Under the pieces are notes generated by a model. That model was not told the DNA's origin. It did not search any database and saw only the letters and a program-made list of their open reading frames with translations. From assembly GCA_016748015.1 (NCBI GenBank), contig JAAOMT010000289.1, positions 135,639 through 199,638 of the forward strand: DNA of 64,000 nucleotides. Direction: 5' to 3'. The first letter of the stretch is position 1, and every line of letters starts with the position of its first letter. Shown piece after piece: positions 38,351 through 52,629 of the stretch. The translations under genes were made by a program, and so were the position numbers. Source of the stretch: Geosiphon pyriformis uo1. Taxonomy: Eukaryota > Fungi > Glomeromycota.

Positions 38351-39534
38351 TTACCAAATAATTTTTGATATTACAATTTTAGTATTTATTTTTTATCATA
38401 AATTATTTCAATAATAACATAAAATAAATCAAAAACCAAAGTTAATATTTTGTTAATAATTATAATTAAAAGTTATAATAATATTTACTTAATGTTTTTA
38501 GTATTTAATATTATAAAAACAGTTTTAATTATATTTTTAAATTTATGTGTTTTTTTTTATTAGGGTTTTACGAGTTTATGTGTTTTGTTAATAATAATAA
38601 GAATTTTATTAAAACAATTAATTTAATATTAAGATCAAAATAATTTTTAAGTTTTGCAATTAATTAATTGCTTAGTTAACTTTTTCAATATTATTATTAT
38701 TATTATAAAACAATATTTTTAATAATATAAAATAATTAATTAAATTAAATTTGTTTAAATTACTTAAAATCTATTTAAAAATATAAAAATTTTAGTTAAA
38801 TTGCTTAAAATTGCTTTTGTATTTAAAGTTTAAAGTTTTATATATTTTAATTATAATATTTTTTTAAAGCTCTAAAAAAATTAAGTTAACTTTCTTTAAT
38901 TCAATACTTAATTAACAAAAATTAAATTTAAGTTATAAATATTTTAACTTAAAATTAATATAAATTAAAATCTTATGACTTAATTTGACTTAACTTGTTA
39001 ATTTTTATATATAAATAAATTAAATTCTAATTTAGCTTTTTTTAACTTAAAAAATAACAAATAATCAAAATAATATATTTAATAATAATATTAAAGTAAA
39101 TACTATAGTTACTATAATTAAAAAAACATGGATTTAAAATTTTTATAAACAATTTAGCAATAAAAAAGCTAAATATGACTTTTGCAAATAAGTATTTTTC
39201 ATTATAAAAATATGTTTTTATTAATTAATTATTATTTGTTTAATATATTTATTAATAGGTTTTTAATAATTAAAATATAAAATAAAATAATTTATATTAT
39301 TTTATTAATAAAAATAAAAATTTTACCAATAAAATTTTATACATGACAAATAACAAATTGAATTAAATTATAAACTATTAAACTCAACATATTTTCTTAA
39401 AAATAAAAATTTTTTAAGTTAAATTCGAGTCAAACTAAAACTTAATCTGATTTGATTTGCTAAAAGCTTTATATTTTATTATATTTGTAAATTAAAATAA
39501 TTGTTTTGTGTTAATTTAATATAAAAATTGAAAC

Positions 39535-39673
<139 letters not shown>

Positions 39674-39699
39674 TTTTTAATAATTGTAAAAATAAAATC

Positions 39700-40640
39700 T
39701 GTAAAATAATTTACAATATAAAAATTATGTTAATCTTTTTGGCTTATATTTAATTTATAATTTTGGTAATTTTGGTTAAATAATTTGGTTTTTGTTATTT
39801 TGTACTTCTTAAATAACTTTTATTTGATAATATTAATAAATTTGCTTTATTTTTTGGTTGTTTTTAACAATAATTATGATCTAAATTTTAGCTAGTAATA
39901 ATAAATATTTGTAGACTGATTTAATAAGTTGTACTACTATTGGTTTTTGTAAAGAAAAAGCTTTATAATTCTAATTGTTTTAGAGTAAATTGTATTTATT
40001 GTAATTTAAGAAAAAACTTTGATTATACTTTTTTATGTACTTTTAATTTTTTTGTAAAAAAAACTATTGTTAAAATTAATCTAATAAATAAATTATTTTA
40101 ACTAATAAATTGGTTGTAAACCTATTTGTTTTTGATTACTATATAATTTTATTGTTAATAATAGTATTTATATAATTATTGTTAAGAATTTTGGTTTTAA
40201 AATTTATTTTTTTAAATTATTCATAATATTTAAAAATATTGTTAAAACTAATTCGTGTATTATAGATTTTGTTTATAATATGCCAATTTATTATAGAATA
40301 AGTATTTGGTTATTAAATTTTAAGTTAAGAATTAATTGCAAAAAAAGAGTTTAATTAATAATAATAAGTTAATTTTAGTTAATATCTGTGGTTTAATAAT
40401 ACTTTAGAAAAAGATTTTGCTTAAAGTTGACTTGTTAGTTTTGGTCTTATTACTGGTTTGCAGTTAGTTTCTAATAGTTTTTGTAAATTTTTGGTACTAT
40501 TGATATATAATGTAATTTTAATCAATTTAAATAGTTAGTTATGTATAGAAAAACCATAAGCCGCATTTATTTTAAAATCTTTTATTATTGTATTATAATA
40601 GATAGTAGTTAGATTGCACTTATTAAATAAATAAATATTC
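39700..40640 (+). mobile_element. Decayed LINE 3' fragment
   Basis: CIYCNL...FDYTFLC Cys motif; 3' UTR GAAAAACCATAAGCCGC...GATAGTAGTTAGATTGCACTT similar to 13470-13545. Confidence 0.7.
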
Positions 40641-41881
40641 TATATTAAATTATAAAAATATATATATATAATATTATTTTATTAAAATATAATGTTTAAA
40701 TACTAAAAAGTTCACTTTATATAATAATTTAATAAATATATATTGTTTTTTATAAAGATAAAAATCACAAATATAACAATTAAGTATTACATAAATTGTA
40801 ATTAATCTGTAATAATTAAACATTATTTTAGTTTTAAACATAATTTCCAATTTTATTTTTTGCATGTAATGTAATATAAAATTTTGAGTTAATTAACTTT
40901 TTATAATACTAAGAAAAACAAAATAATTTTTATAAAAATTTATTAGAAAAATATTTTTTACAATTAAAATTCTATTTAACCATTTTTTTAGTTGTATCGA
41001 ACTTATTTTTAATAAAATATTACGAATTATCACGATAAAAATTAAAATCAATAAAATAAACATTAATGATATTTTGCATTTTTGACAAATTAATTTGTTT
41101 TTTGCATGTTATCATGAAAACATAAATTAAAAAAAAATATTTTTTTGTAACCAACATTATATATAAATAATTTCAATAATATATTTTAAAATTTGTCATT
41201 TTGTCATTTTTAATGCTGTTGTTTTTTAAGCATCTAGGAATGAATTGGAAAAAATCAGTTAAAATTTATTTTACATTGCTAATAAAAGATAAATTAATAA
41301 ATATCTTGATTGGTAAGCTCAATAGTGTTGAAAAATGGAAAAAATATTTTGTGAAAAGGATAACTATGCTCATTGCATTTATCCCGATCCTTAATTCTTA
41401 TGAGAAATTTTAGGCAAGAAAAAATTTAAAATTTAATGTTAGGAAGGAGCCCCCTTAAAAAAAGTTGTATAAAAAGTATCTTTATCCAACGTATTCACAA
41501 TCTCCAAGGTGAAAATTGTGCAGTTTTTGATGTAGAACAGCCGAAAGATTTTGGTGAAGGTATGTCAAACACTTTAATAAATGAGTCAAAAAGATATTAG
41601 AAACATGCCCTCCCAATCAAAGAGTACTCCGATTTAATTTTTTGCAATACTTAACCAGAATATGAAGCGACTCAAAAATGAGAACAAATATTAAAAGGAG
41701 GAAGGTATTTTTAGCAATAAGCTGTTGAAAGAGAGGTTTATCTATAAAAAAAAAGGCTATAAAGGTGACGACATCGTAAATATAAAGCCTTGGTTTTATG
41801 CCCCGTTTGATAAATTTAAAACGCTTGATAAGATTCGAAGAGTTAAATTTTCAATCTTCGCGTCAAACTTATTATTATTTA

Positions 41882-44800
41882 CTATAAATTGCACGGGTCA
41901 TTGCGAGCAATATTAAAGTCACAATTTTTCATTATTTCCCCGTAAGATTTTCGCATCTTTTAAAGAATTGAAACTAAATTATTTGCTTTCTTGCGAAAGA
42001 ACTCAAACGCAATAACCACTTGAAAAAAGTTTTAATACATACTTCGTGTTCATACAACATCCCATTTTTAATATACTTGCAATATGCCATTGCTATCTCG
42101 CACCATTTCTTTGCTTGCGGGTAATCATTTGCACTGGAAAAATCGAAATTCAAACTAAGTTAGAATAAAATACACTGGGTAATGTTAACTCTTTGGAAGA
42201 AATCAACATACGAGTAGTAATCTATTCCGCAATTCCAAGCGGTCACCATCAACCACTGTATTTCTTCTTCAGGGTATTTTCCCTAAAAAGAAATATATTT
42301 TTAGCCCGGTAGATTTTGCTCCAATAACTTGGCATAGCTTTCACACACCTTTGAACAGTCTTTTAATATATCCAGGGCTTGAGTGAAATGCTGTATAGCT
42401 GTTTGTTTGCCCTTAACCAGTGCGGTAATAACCATCATTCGAAACCACCGAGAGAATTGTTCCACGTCCAAGTCTTTATCTTTAATTAAAGAGTCAAGTA
42501 ATGCCTGAATTTTGAAGTGCCCCAAGAGTGCGTGAGCATGGTAGAAAATTTGCTTAAATGATATTACAATAGATTTAGAACACACCTGCAGCGTTGAAAA
42601 AATCGCTTTCGGCAACAAGGTTCAATTTTGTCAATCGCATGGGTTTATAGAAAAGTGCGTTTTTGCAAAAATTACATTGAAAATCTACCTGTGCTTGGAC
42701 ATTCATTGACTTCAATAAGCAACTCTGCCATACGCTCATATATTTTTGGTGGAACATCAAAATCACATGCTGATGCAGACTTTCCATAGGCGAGAGAAAG
42801 ATTTTTCAGTTGTACGTGATATATGGCTATTTGTCACTTTCAAATATTTTGAAAAACCTACATCCAGCACAGCTTGCAATTCATCCCAGAGACCCAAATT
42901 AACTTTGGCTTCAAATTCGAATAAAAGAACCAGAAGGGTATCAATTTCGCTGGTTGTCTGCGGACTACTTAAATCTTCTGATACATCATGATTTGTATCG
43001 TCATCGTTGCGCTTACGCTTTCCTAACTTTATGCGGAATTTTCGGTAGTTGTATATATCTTTGAGGGCTTGTTGCGACAGTTCCTTCTGAGAATTCGAGC
43101 AAGGACTTTTTCATTATTTGTAAGCAATAATTAATAGCAAATTTCAAATCAAATTCATAGAATTTCTTTAACCCTTTCGGAAATTGCTTTCTGCTCCCGG
43201 GCAAGAAAAATTCGACCGCACATAGATGTAAAAAGACACAATCTCTTTCTGTTGGCTATCTCTGCAGTCTTCTCTGGGTATGAGTTTAGCAGCTAATGAA
43301 TAAATCTCATTTCTTTAGCACTCCCATCGTTCCCAGTTTGTGAAAAACAGCTAAAGACTTGCCTGATATGCAATATCAAACAATTTGATAGCAAATTTGT
43401 CACTGTTCTCTTTGCAATTTTCACAAAACTCTAAACCAATGTTCCATGCTTGATGATTGCAAAGTAAATTATCAAGCCTCAAATCAGCGAATTTAAAAAT
43501 GACAAAAGGAAAAATACGAATTTTGACAGATATAGCCGACCCGTTTTGAAAAACCACTCGAGCTCATTAAAGGGGACTTTTTTGGATGTTGTTGCGGGTG
43601 GTGAGTTATTCTGAGCAGCTTGAGCACCAATTTGTTCTTCATTCACAATGATCTTCGTGGCTTGTTCAGAAGCAATGTAAGATAATATTCTCTTAATGAT
43701 CGCCATCCCGAGTTTAAAAGATACCCTACCTATTTCAAAATACCCACAGATACATTCTTTTAAAGAATTCCTACAACCGAGACAATTGTTTTTATTAAAA
43801 ATGGGAATATTTCCAAGAATAATGGAAATGAACGTGATGATCACACTTTTCAGAATTGTTATCAACCGCAAGAGAGGAGTGGGTCAATCTGATCAAGCAC
43901 CTAACAAGAAAATTTTTAACAAAATTATCGTCAATTCATCGAATATAAATAAAATGCACTAAATACATACCACTTTCGCCAATTTTTAATGTGAATTATC
44001 ATGACAAATTACCTCAGTAAAACCAATATATCAACATGTGTAACGTCTGGCTCACTTCTATGCTTTATTAATATCTCCTTCAATGCCTCAATCAAAATCT
44101 CTTTGTTATTTTTTTGATAAGCTTCATTCGCAGCCATAGCAAGCATATTAGTATGAAAATTTTCGCCTTTGCACATATGATGTAGGTATTGAGCGGCTGG
44201 AAAATTCCACCAAATTTAGAGAAATTTTTTCGACTCAAAATAGTCAAGAAAAAACCCAAAGTATAGAAATTGTGATTTTTTTACCTTGATCCATCTGTCC
44301 TCTTTCAATTGAGATATGAAACAATATGTAATAATTGGCAGCCGAGTTTTTTTCGTGAGTTTGTGCTTGCCGTATTGATTCAATCGCATTAGCTAAAGCA
44401 TTCTCTTCAAGATAACATAAAGCAATTTTTCTTTGATAGCAAAATTTTGTCAGGGATAACGACTTTATTTAAGCATTATAGCCGTAATAGCCTTAGAGCT
44501 TGAGAATAACTTTTACCTTTGTAGAGTTGCTGCATTTTTCCCATCTGTTTGATTTGAGGCAAGCCATTTATACGCAAGATTGTACCATCTCTTAGCAACT
44601 TCATATTTTTGATTCTAGTAGTGAAATGATAAGAATTCTTAGTAAGCTGGTAAAGGCTATTTTTTAAAGAAAATATAGCGGTAAGCTCACAATATAATGA
44701 CGATCCCCATTTTGCCAAAGAATCTGAGTATAAATAATGAAAAGCTGAAATCATCACATATGAAATTTGCAATATCCAGACAAGAAATAAACTTTGGTAT

Positions 44801-47490
44801 ACCAATTGACATGCGACTTTGGCTTTATGTCCAATTACGATTCCATGACGCTGCTCATCTACAAGGGATACATTGAGAGTGAAATTGAAGCTGTCCATTA
44901 ATTATAATGAAATTTGTCAAAGATAATAAAATTGAACTTACAGCCGAGCGAAATTTCAGCGCTTTTGATCGCATCATCCAAATCCAGTTTTTGATTGCTA
45001 TTTCCTATTATATGAAACTTTGTGATAATCGCTTTCTCGATGTACCCGACGTTTCGAATCTCAGAAAGTGTCTCTTCCAAGAGAATATCGAGCCCGGATA
45101 AAGCGAGGAAAGGACTATCAAAATATCAGTTTACCGCTTCAATCTCTGCCAGAAGTGAAATTCTTTAATCAATAGTACCTTGTTTCGCTTACAAAATGGG
45201 CTATATTCAGAATGCTAATTGATTGAACGGTGTTTTCTAAATGAGTACAATATTTGAATTGAATTTTAAAAACATTTCTCAAGCCAAAATTGCCCTTACA
45301 TTTTTAGGTTTTCTTTGTTGAGCTGAGCAGCTTTCATGAGTCCAATATATACTAAAGGATGAATGAAAAATGGTATAATTCAAACTTTAAATAATGTTTT
45401 GCTTTAGGACTCAAAATATTTGACGGAAAATTAAAAATTTTGCCATAGAAACAAGCCTTCTTCAAAATTCGCATTGTTCGCATTCCTTATTTTCATTATT
45501 TTCAGCTTTAAAGAGGAGGCTAGAATATTCCCTGGGTCTTCCTTTGGACCGACAGAGATATTTCTCAATAAGGATCATAGAATTAAACCAAGAATATATG
45601 ATATAGATTGGACGATAACCTACTTCTAAGCATAGATTAATAGAATTCTCCGCAAGGTCCATGTTCGATTCATTGTGATTCGAATTCTTCAAATATGAAA
45701 GCGCTTTGGTAGATATAAATTTAGTATTTTAAATTGCATCAAGTTGAATCTAAAATTTGTTTCAACTGATTTTATACTTACCAAGAATATTTAAGGTATT
45801 CGTCTAGGTTTAGATTGATTTATAAAATGAATTTCTTATGTCCACAAAATATTTCAGGAAAAGACTCAAAAATAGGGCTTCTAGTTACCAAAATTTTCGT
45901 CCTTCCAGCCTCCTTCTCGGGCATTCGATCTGATAATAAATCATGACATTTTCGCAGCCATTTTATTGCATCGCCAGTTTTACCTTCACGTGAAGCCTGA
46001 TGCCCTATTGAGAAGCATACTTGGCATAAAATCTCAACCTGGAAAGTCCGAAAACCTTGATTCACTGTTAAGCGAGTGACCAAATAAATGTGCAAAAGTT
46101 TCATCGATAGCTCACCTCTCGTGGGGTTACATAGTCCAAATGATTCGGGTCTGGTGTAATTGAGACAAAAAATCAACATTGAAATCTATGATCTGTTTAA
46201 CGACAGTTTTACAAAATCTTACCTGTCGCGTGTTGAATCATCAAATTGGCAACATGACTATTTGCTAATTTCCAAGCCTTTTAAATTAAGACTTTCTGAT
46301 TATCTTTTTAGCTAGCAAAGTTTTAATTTTTTTTTTAAATAAAAACAGAAACCTACAGCTTCGGCTCGATAAGCATAATATACAATTAAAGCTGCACATT
46401 TGGCTTGTTGGATATTGGATCTACTTTGGATAGATAATACACCATCTTCGTACTAGCATTGTTATAAAACAAGAAAAGTCATCTAATCTTAAATGACTGT
46501 TTGTATTGAAATAGAAAAAAGTGCTTACGAAACTAGCGGATCGCAAAACTTGGTCAGCTTTGTCACTTCTTCCACAATCTATCGATTGAACATATTTATT
46601 ATTGTAAAAGGGTTTGTGATGGAAACAAAGAAATTTAATTTACCAAGCCATGCTTTTCCCACTTTCGTAGCCAGCGTGAGCATTTTTATAATAGCTAACA
46701 GAAAGGAATATTAGTGAAAAATCTTTGAAGTGCTAATAAAAGCTACATTAATACAGAACCCACTTTTATCATCGGTATTTACCACTGATCCAACATCAAT
46801 CATCGTTAAACCAACTTGTCTAACTGGAGAGTGCGAAAATGCCATCAATAATTAAAAGAGATAAGGCTTTTAAAAAGTCTTGACGGCTTACTAAGAGCAA
46901 TAAGTTCATTATTAGCCTCCTTTCCGCTACAAGGGATAGTTGTTTTCATTGCACTCGAAGCGTTCCAAAGGCTAACACCTATATGAATCAGAAAGGAAAT
47001 TAGCTTATTGATCAAGGGAAGAATTTATTAGTCTGGACAATACTAAGAAATTGTTAGTAGAAATATTACCTATTTCATCCATATCATCCACGAAGTCATA
47101 AATCAGGCACACCTGTTGTAAAGCTTTAAACTTTTCAATACTACGTAATAATTCCTCTAACCCATTTTCTACGCATTTAGTCTCTACGAACTCTTTGCTA
47201 AGTTTCTCATTCACATCCTTTACCAAAGCTATTTAATAGATATATATTAAAAAATTTAAGGCCTTAACGTGCAAAAAGCATGTGAGCGATATATCACCTG
47301 AAATGTCCTCGAATTGAATTTTCAGTCGACGAGAAAGCACCTCCAAATTAGTTTGATCAACACTATCAAAACTTTTCAGTGATAAAGGTCCCTCAGAGTT
47401 GCTAGTAGTTCCTGAAGGTGAAAAAGGGGTGACTCCTCTTTCTGTAGTTAAGGAAAAGGGGAAATCATCTCTTTCTGAACTTCGGTTCAT
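41882..47490 (-). CDS. SPO22: SPO22/ZIP4/TEX11-family meiotic TPR scaffold protein, more than 25 exons; start ATG 47490 is tentative
   Basis: Spliced peptides GVSLWNASS, KVGKAWL/DCG, ILWQNGD...QKYEVAKRWYNLAY, LQR/KIALCYL, ELEWFFKT/AWNIGL, FSRWFRMMV, YPEEEIQWLMVTAWNCG, AKKWCEIAMAYC. Last exon MRKSYGEIM...CNL*. Confidence 0.85.
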
Positions 47491-48354
47491 ATTTTTGGAC
47501 GCGTTTTTTTGTTATTCAAGGCAAAAGGAATAGGGTTGATCAAAAAAGCATGAATAAATTGCGTTCTGAATTCAATCCTTCTGATAAAAAGTATTTTGAG
47601 TGATGCGCAAGACTGATCCCATCTAATTCTGAATCAATTTTTTTCCTAATAAAACTAGCATTTCCTGAATAAAAAAAACATTTCAGTGGTTTTGATAATG
47701 TTGGATGTGAAAGCGATTGGTTCAACTCCATAATTTAAATCGAAAATTTCCAGTCCTCTTTTATCTTTGAAAATTATCGATATTTGAAGATCATTTAGAA
47801 ATTCTTTTTCTCTAACTTTGTCAAAGACTTTTATTCTTTTGGCTTTTGAACATTTGTCGAATGAAACCTGCAAAAAGGGAGGGAAGAAAAATTTAAAGAT
47901 CTTACTAGTGTCTACTAAGTATTATGGTAAATTATTGAAAAACCAAAAATTTTTCGTACTGGAAATACTCGGGATATTATTTTTGTTTAATACAGCGATC
48001 CCAAGAAGAAATTCGAAGAGTTGAATACATTTTCCCTCATACTTCTGATATATATTTACTGCTTTTTTTTTCGCATGTTAATATTATCATCAAATAAAGG
48101 GATTGAAATTAATAAATAGCAAATATAATTGTTTTATATTTATTATATAAGAATTCAATCTTTTGTTATTTTGAATCAATACAATTAAACCTAATATTAA
48201 AATATTTATTTTAATATTAATACTAATTATTAATTTTTATATTTATTGATAATTTCTTATAATTGTTTGTTTATTGAAAATTGATTTTGTAAAAAAAAAA
48301 ATTTTGAATATACTAATTAATTATGTAAAAACTATTATCTTGTTTTTTGTAATT

Positions 48355-48476
48355 TATTATTATTGTTGTTGTTATTGTTATTATTGTTATTTTTGTTGTT
48401 GTTGATAATGATAATGTTGTTGTTGTTGTTGTTATAGTTATTGTTATTATTGTTATTGTTGTTGTTATTGTTATTA

Positions 48477-48517
<41 letters not shown>

Positions 48518-48608
48518 GTTGTTGTTGTTGTTGTTATTATTATTGTTATTGTTATTATTGTTGTTATTATTATTATTATTATTGCTTTTATTATTATTAT
48601 TATTATTA
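48355..48608. repeat. Mixed (TTA/TTG)n microsatellite
   Basis: Seen directly; produces a spurious poly-Leu ORF. Confidence 0.97.
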
Positions 48609-49679
48609 AAATTTGTATATATTAATAACTATTTTGTCAAAGTTTTTGATTTATGTTTTTAAAAAAAACCTCCCAAAAATTTGATTTTATAATAAAAACT
48701 TTTTAATTATTAAAAAAAATAAAATCAATACAACAAAAAAACTAATAAACTTAATTATTAATTTTATAAAAATAAATAACTTTTGCAATTTTGTTTTTAA
48801 AAAAACCAATTTAGAATTAATAATATAAGTAAAACTCTTTTTTTTATAATTTTATAATTATAATTAAAACAAAAAATAAAAAAGTTGCAATTTTTTTATT
48901 TTCTAAAGCAATTAATAATAATTTTATTAATAAAATATTTACAATTATAGAATTTAATAATACTTTGTAAAATTATTTCTCTTAAATAAAATAGTTAAAA
49001 TTTGGTTTTTTGTTAATTTTAAAGCATTTTTTTTGATTTAAATAAAAGTTTATTTTTTATTTAAAGTTAATTCTAATACAATTATTATTATTATAAAAAG
49101 TTTCAAAATTTTTAATAATATTATTAATTAACATAAAATTATTACTTATTATTTATTTAATAATCTAATTAATATTATTATAGGTTAAAGTAACAAGTTA
49201 ATAAATAACAAAAAAAAACAGAATTATAAAATAATAAAATTAATTAAAGAATAAATTACAATAAAAAAGTGAATTAAATAAGTAAAAATTCAATATATAT
49301 GATTAGTTTTATAAAAATTACAGTCACAAATCTTTTTTAAGAATTTAAAAATAAAAAAATAGTTTGTAATTGTTAATAAAATAATATTATTGCTATTATT
49401 TTATGTTTTAATTTAACAATTCTTAGAATTAATAACAAGTATTATTGTGTTTTTTAATTATTTTTTTATTCAATAAATCACAAAAGCAAACAATCATTTT
49501 TTAGGCTAATTTTTAACAATACAAATCATAAAAGAAAAAAAATAAGATATATAAAGACCAATAAATAATTTTTTATTTCAAGATATTTAGATATTTGAAA
49601 ATAAACAATATTAAAAAAAGTAATTAATAATAAATTTTATTTTATTACTTTAATCATATTTTTCTATAGCTAAGAGATT

Positions 49680-50532
49680 TATTATTTATATAGTTATTAA
49701 AAGTAGTTAATAACCAAGTTATTGATCAAATTAATAATCAGATCAATAATCAGGTTAATAATCAAGTTATTAATTATTATCTAAAAATACTGTGGTTAAT
49801 TATGTAATATTAGTGGCTAATACATATAATAACTAATAAAAATTATGGTTTTTAATCATAACTGTATAATATATAATTATAATTAAATACAATAATAAAA
49901 TTATGCAATATTTTAAATCATATAATATTTAAAAATTTGTTAAAATATTTAATAATTTACTAAAATACTTAATAGTTTATTAAATATTAACAAAAAAAAA
50001 TGCTAGATTATAAAATAATATTATATTAAAATATATAAAAAAAGAGTTTTTTTCTTAAAAAAATATATTTTATTTAGAAATAATATAATTAATTATAATA
50101 AATTAATAAAACAAATTTTTATTTTAAAACCCAAACACTTTTTTTATAAATAAAACACTATTTTAAAACTTATAAGTTTTGACTAATATTTAAAAATTAA
50201 TTAATTTTAAGATTAAATAAAAAAAAAATTTTTACATTTTTTACATTTTAATTTTTTTTACTATGTTATTAAGTAGTTTATAGTCTTATAAAAAAGTTGA
50301 TTTTTATCATAAAGTAACTATAAATTATTAAAAAAATTGATTTTTACTACAAAATAATTAGCATAAAATTGGTTATTTTATTAAATTTAATAATATAAAT
50401 AGCTTAAAATATAAAAAAATACTTTAAAGATAAATTAATTTATTAAAAATTTAACAACTTTTATTAACAATAAATTTTATAATAATCTGATATTAATAAC
50501 AACAAAAAAAATAATTAAAATTTTTAATAATA
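49680..50532 (+). repeat. Highly decayed solo LTR, family B
   Basis: Blocks TTATGCAATATTTTAAA, AAAGAGTTTTTTT and AAAGTAACTA are colinear with 34770-35570. Confidence 0.7.
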
Positions 50533-51599
50533 ATAACAAATTAATAATTAAGCTATTTTTTTATTATTGTTTTATATGTATTAACTTAAATAACCAAAAA
50601 ACCAAAAAATAAATTATTTTATCTTTTTTTTTAAAGCAATTAATTTTTTTAAAATACTTAAAAATAGTTTTTTTTTGGTATTTTTTAAAGCAATATTTAG
50701 TTTTTAGAGTTTGTTTTTTTTGTAAAAAATAAAATACTGGTTTTAGTTAATTTTTTGGTAATTATATTAGTTTTGTCACAATTGTATTTCTTATAATATT
50801 TAATTTAAATTTAATTATAAACAATAATTTTTTTAAATAATAACAATATATTTATTAAAGTTATTTTTAATTAGTATTATTTATTATATTATTTTTTAAT
50901 TAATTTTTATCAGTTTTAAAAGCAAAACAAGTTATATTTTAAATATATTTTTAATTAATTAATCTATAAAATTATTTAATTTTAAAAATTAAATTAATTA
51001 AATTAAATTTGATTTTATTTCTTTTTTTTTTGTTTTTTTAATAATAATATTTTTAATAGTATTTGAAAAACAATTATTAATCTTCAAAATTTCTTTAAAT
51101 AAATAATTTTTATGTTAAAATTGCTTTTTAATTTATGTATAATTTATTAATATTTAAAAACAATATAAAGTTTTTTTGTAATAATTTGTTTTTTAGGTTT
51201 TTTAAATATTGTTTTTTAAGTTAAATTTGTTAACTTTATCTGTTTTTTTATTTTTAAAATTGTTAAATTTTTTTTTGCTATTATTGTTGTATAAAATATG
51301 CTTAAAAATATTATTATTACTAATATTAAAAATACTTTTGGCATTTTTGGTAAAGTTTTTTAAGTTATATTAAAATTTATTAAAATTTAACAATATATTA
51401 TTGTTTATTTTAAGTAATTTAATATAATTATAATTGTTTTTAATTGTTAATTAACTCTAATAATTAAGAATTTTTTTTATTAATCAAAAAAAATTATTTT
51501 TTATAATAAATTTAAAACTAAATTAATTAACTTTAATTATATAGTTTTTAAAATTAACAAATTAATTTTTTAAATCTATAATTACATCTGTTTTATTTT

Positions 51600-52435
51600 T
51601 TATTTTTTTTATTTTTTTAACAGTTGTAATATGTAATTACTATTTTTAGTTTTTAAAAAAATTTAAATAGTGTAATTATTAAAATAATATTTTAAAAAAT
51701 ATTATATCTAATAAAAAACTTTTAATTATTAATATTGTTTTAGATATTAAGATTTAAATTATTTAATTATAAATTACAAAATGGTTTTATCGTTTTTTTC
51801 TAAGTTTTTATTTAAATTTATGATTAGTTTTAAAGTTTTTAAGCACTATTTTATTGATATTAAATCTTATATTAAAACTTTTACTTTAATAATTTTTTCT
51901 GCTATTGTGTTTTTAATTTTTTATTAAAATTTAAATTGGTTGTATTAGTTTTATTAATTAGATTTATTGTTAAGTTTGTTAGTATTTTAGTTATTTTAAT
52001 TATTAAATTATTTAATATTTTTTCTGTTTTATACTAAATTACAAGATAAATATATAGTTTAAGAAAAAAATTAATAGTTTTAAAAATAAATTAAATAAAT
52101 TACATAAAAAATTATAATACTAAAAATAATAAAAATTTAAAAATTTATGATAATAAAATTAATAAAAAAAATATTTAATTAAATAAAAACATTTTAAAAA
52201 CTTTAAATTTTTAAGATTAAACTTAATACAAGTAATACTGCCAAATAAATAATTAATTAATTAAAATAATTGTAATTTATTTGTTTTTATACATATTTTT
52301 TTTATTAAATTCAATATAGCATATTTTAAATTGAAATGTTTAATTATATATAAATTATATTTAATTTGAAATATTTGACTATTGTATTATATTGGATAGT
52401 AATTAGACTTTATATATTAAACTTAATAAAAAAAT
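51600..52435 (+). mobile_element. Very decayed LINE 3' fragment
   Basis: Ends with the conserved tip GGATAGTAATTAGACTT and an A-rich tail; upstream boundary uncertain. Confidence 0.5.
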
Positions 52436-52629
52436 TAATGTTATTATTAAAACAAAAAATATAATACATAATAAATAGTTTTAATATTAAAATTATAAAA
52501 ATAAAAATTAGTTAATTTAAATTTAATATTTAAAAGTTTTTTATTAAAAATAATTATAATAAATTTTTAATAATAGTTAATTTTATATAAACAAAAAATA
52601 ATACAAATTTACTTATTAATTTAAAAAAC

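Noticed and set aside
38561-39475. hAT-like MITE (TAGGGTTTT ... AAAAGCTTTA ends)
   Set aside because: Terminal match is weak in near-pure AT DNA and I found no convincing TSD.
47540-48024. ORFs upstream of ZIP4 as a separate gene
   Set aside because: Short, with no recognisable motif; more likely promoter or 5' UTR, although extra 5' exons cannot be excluded.
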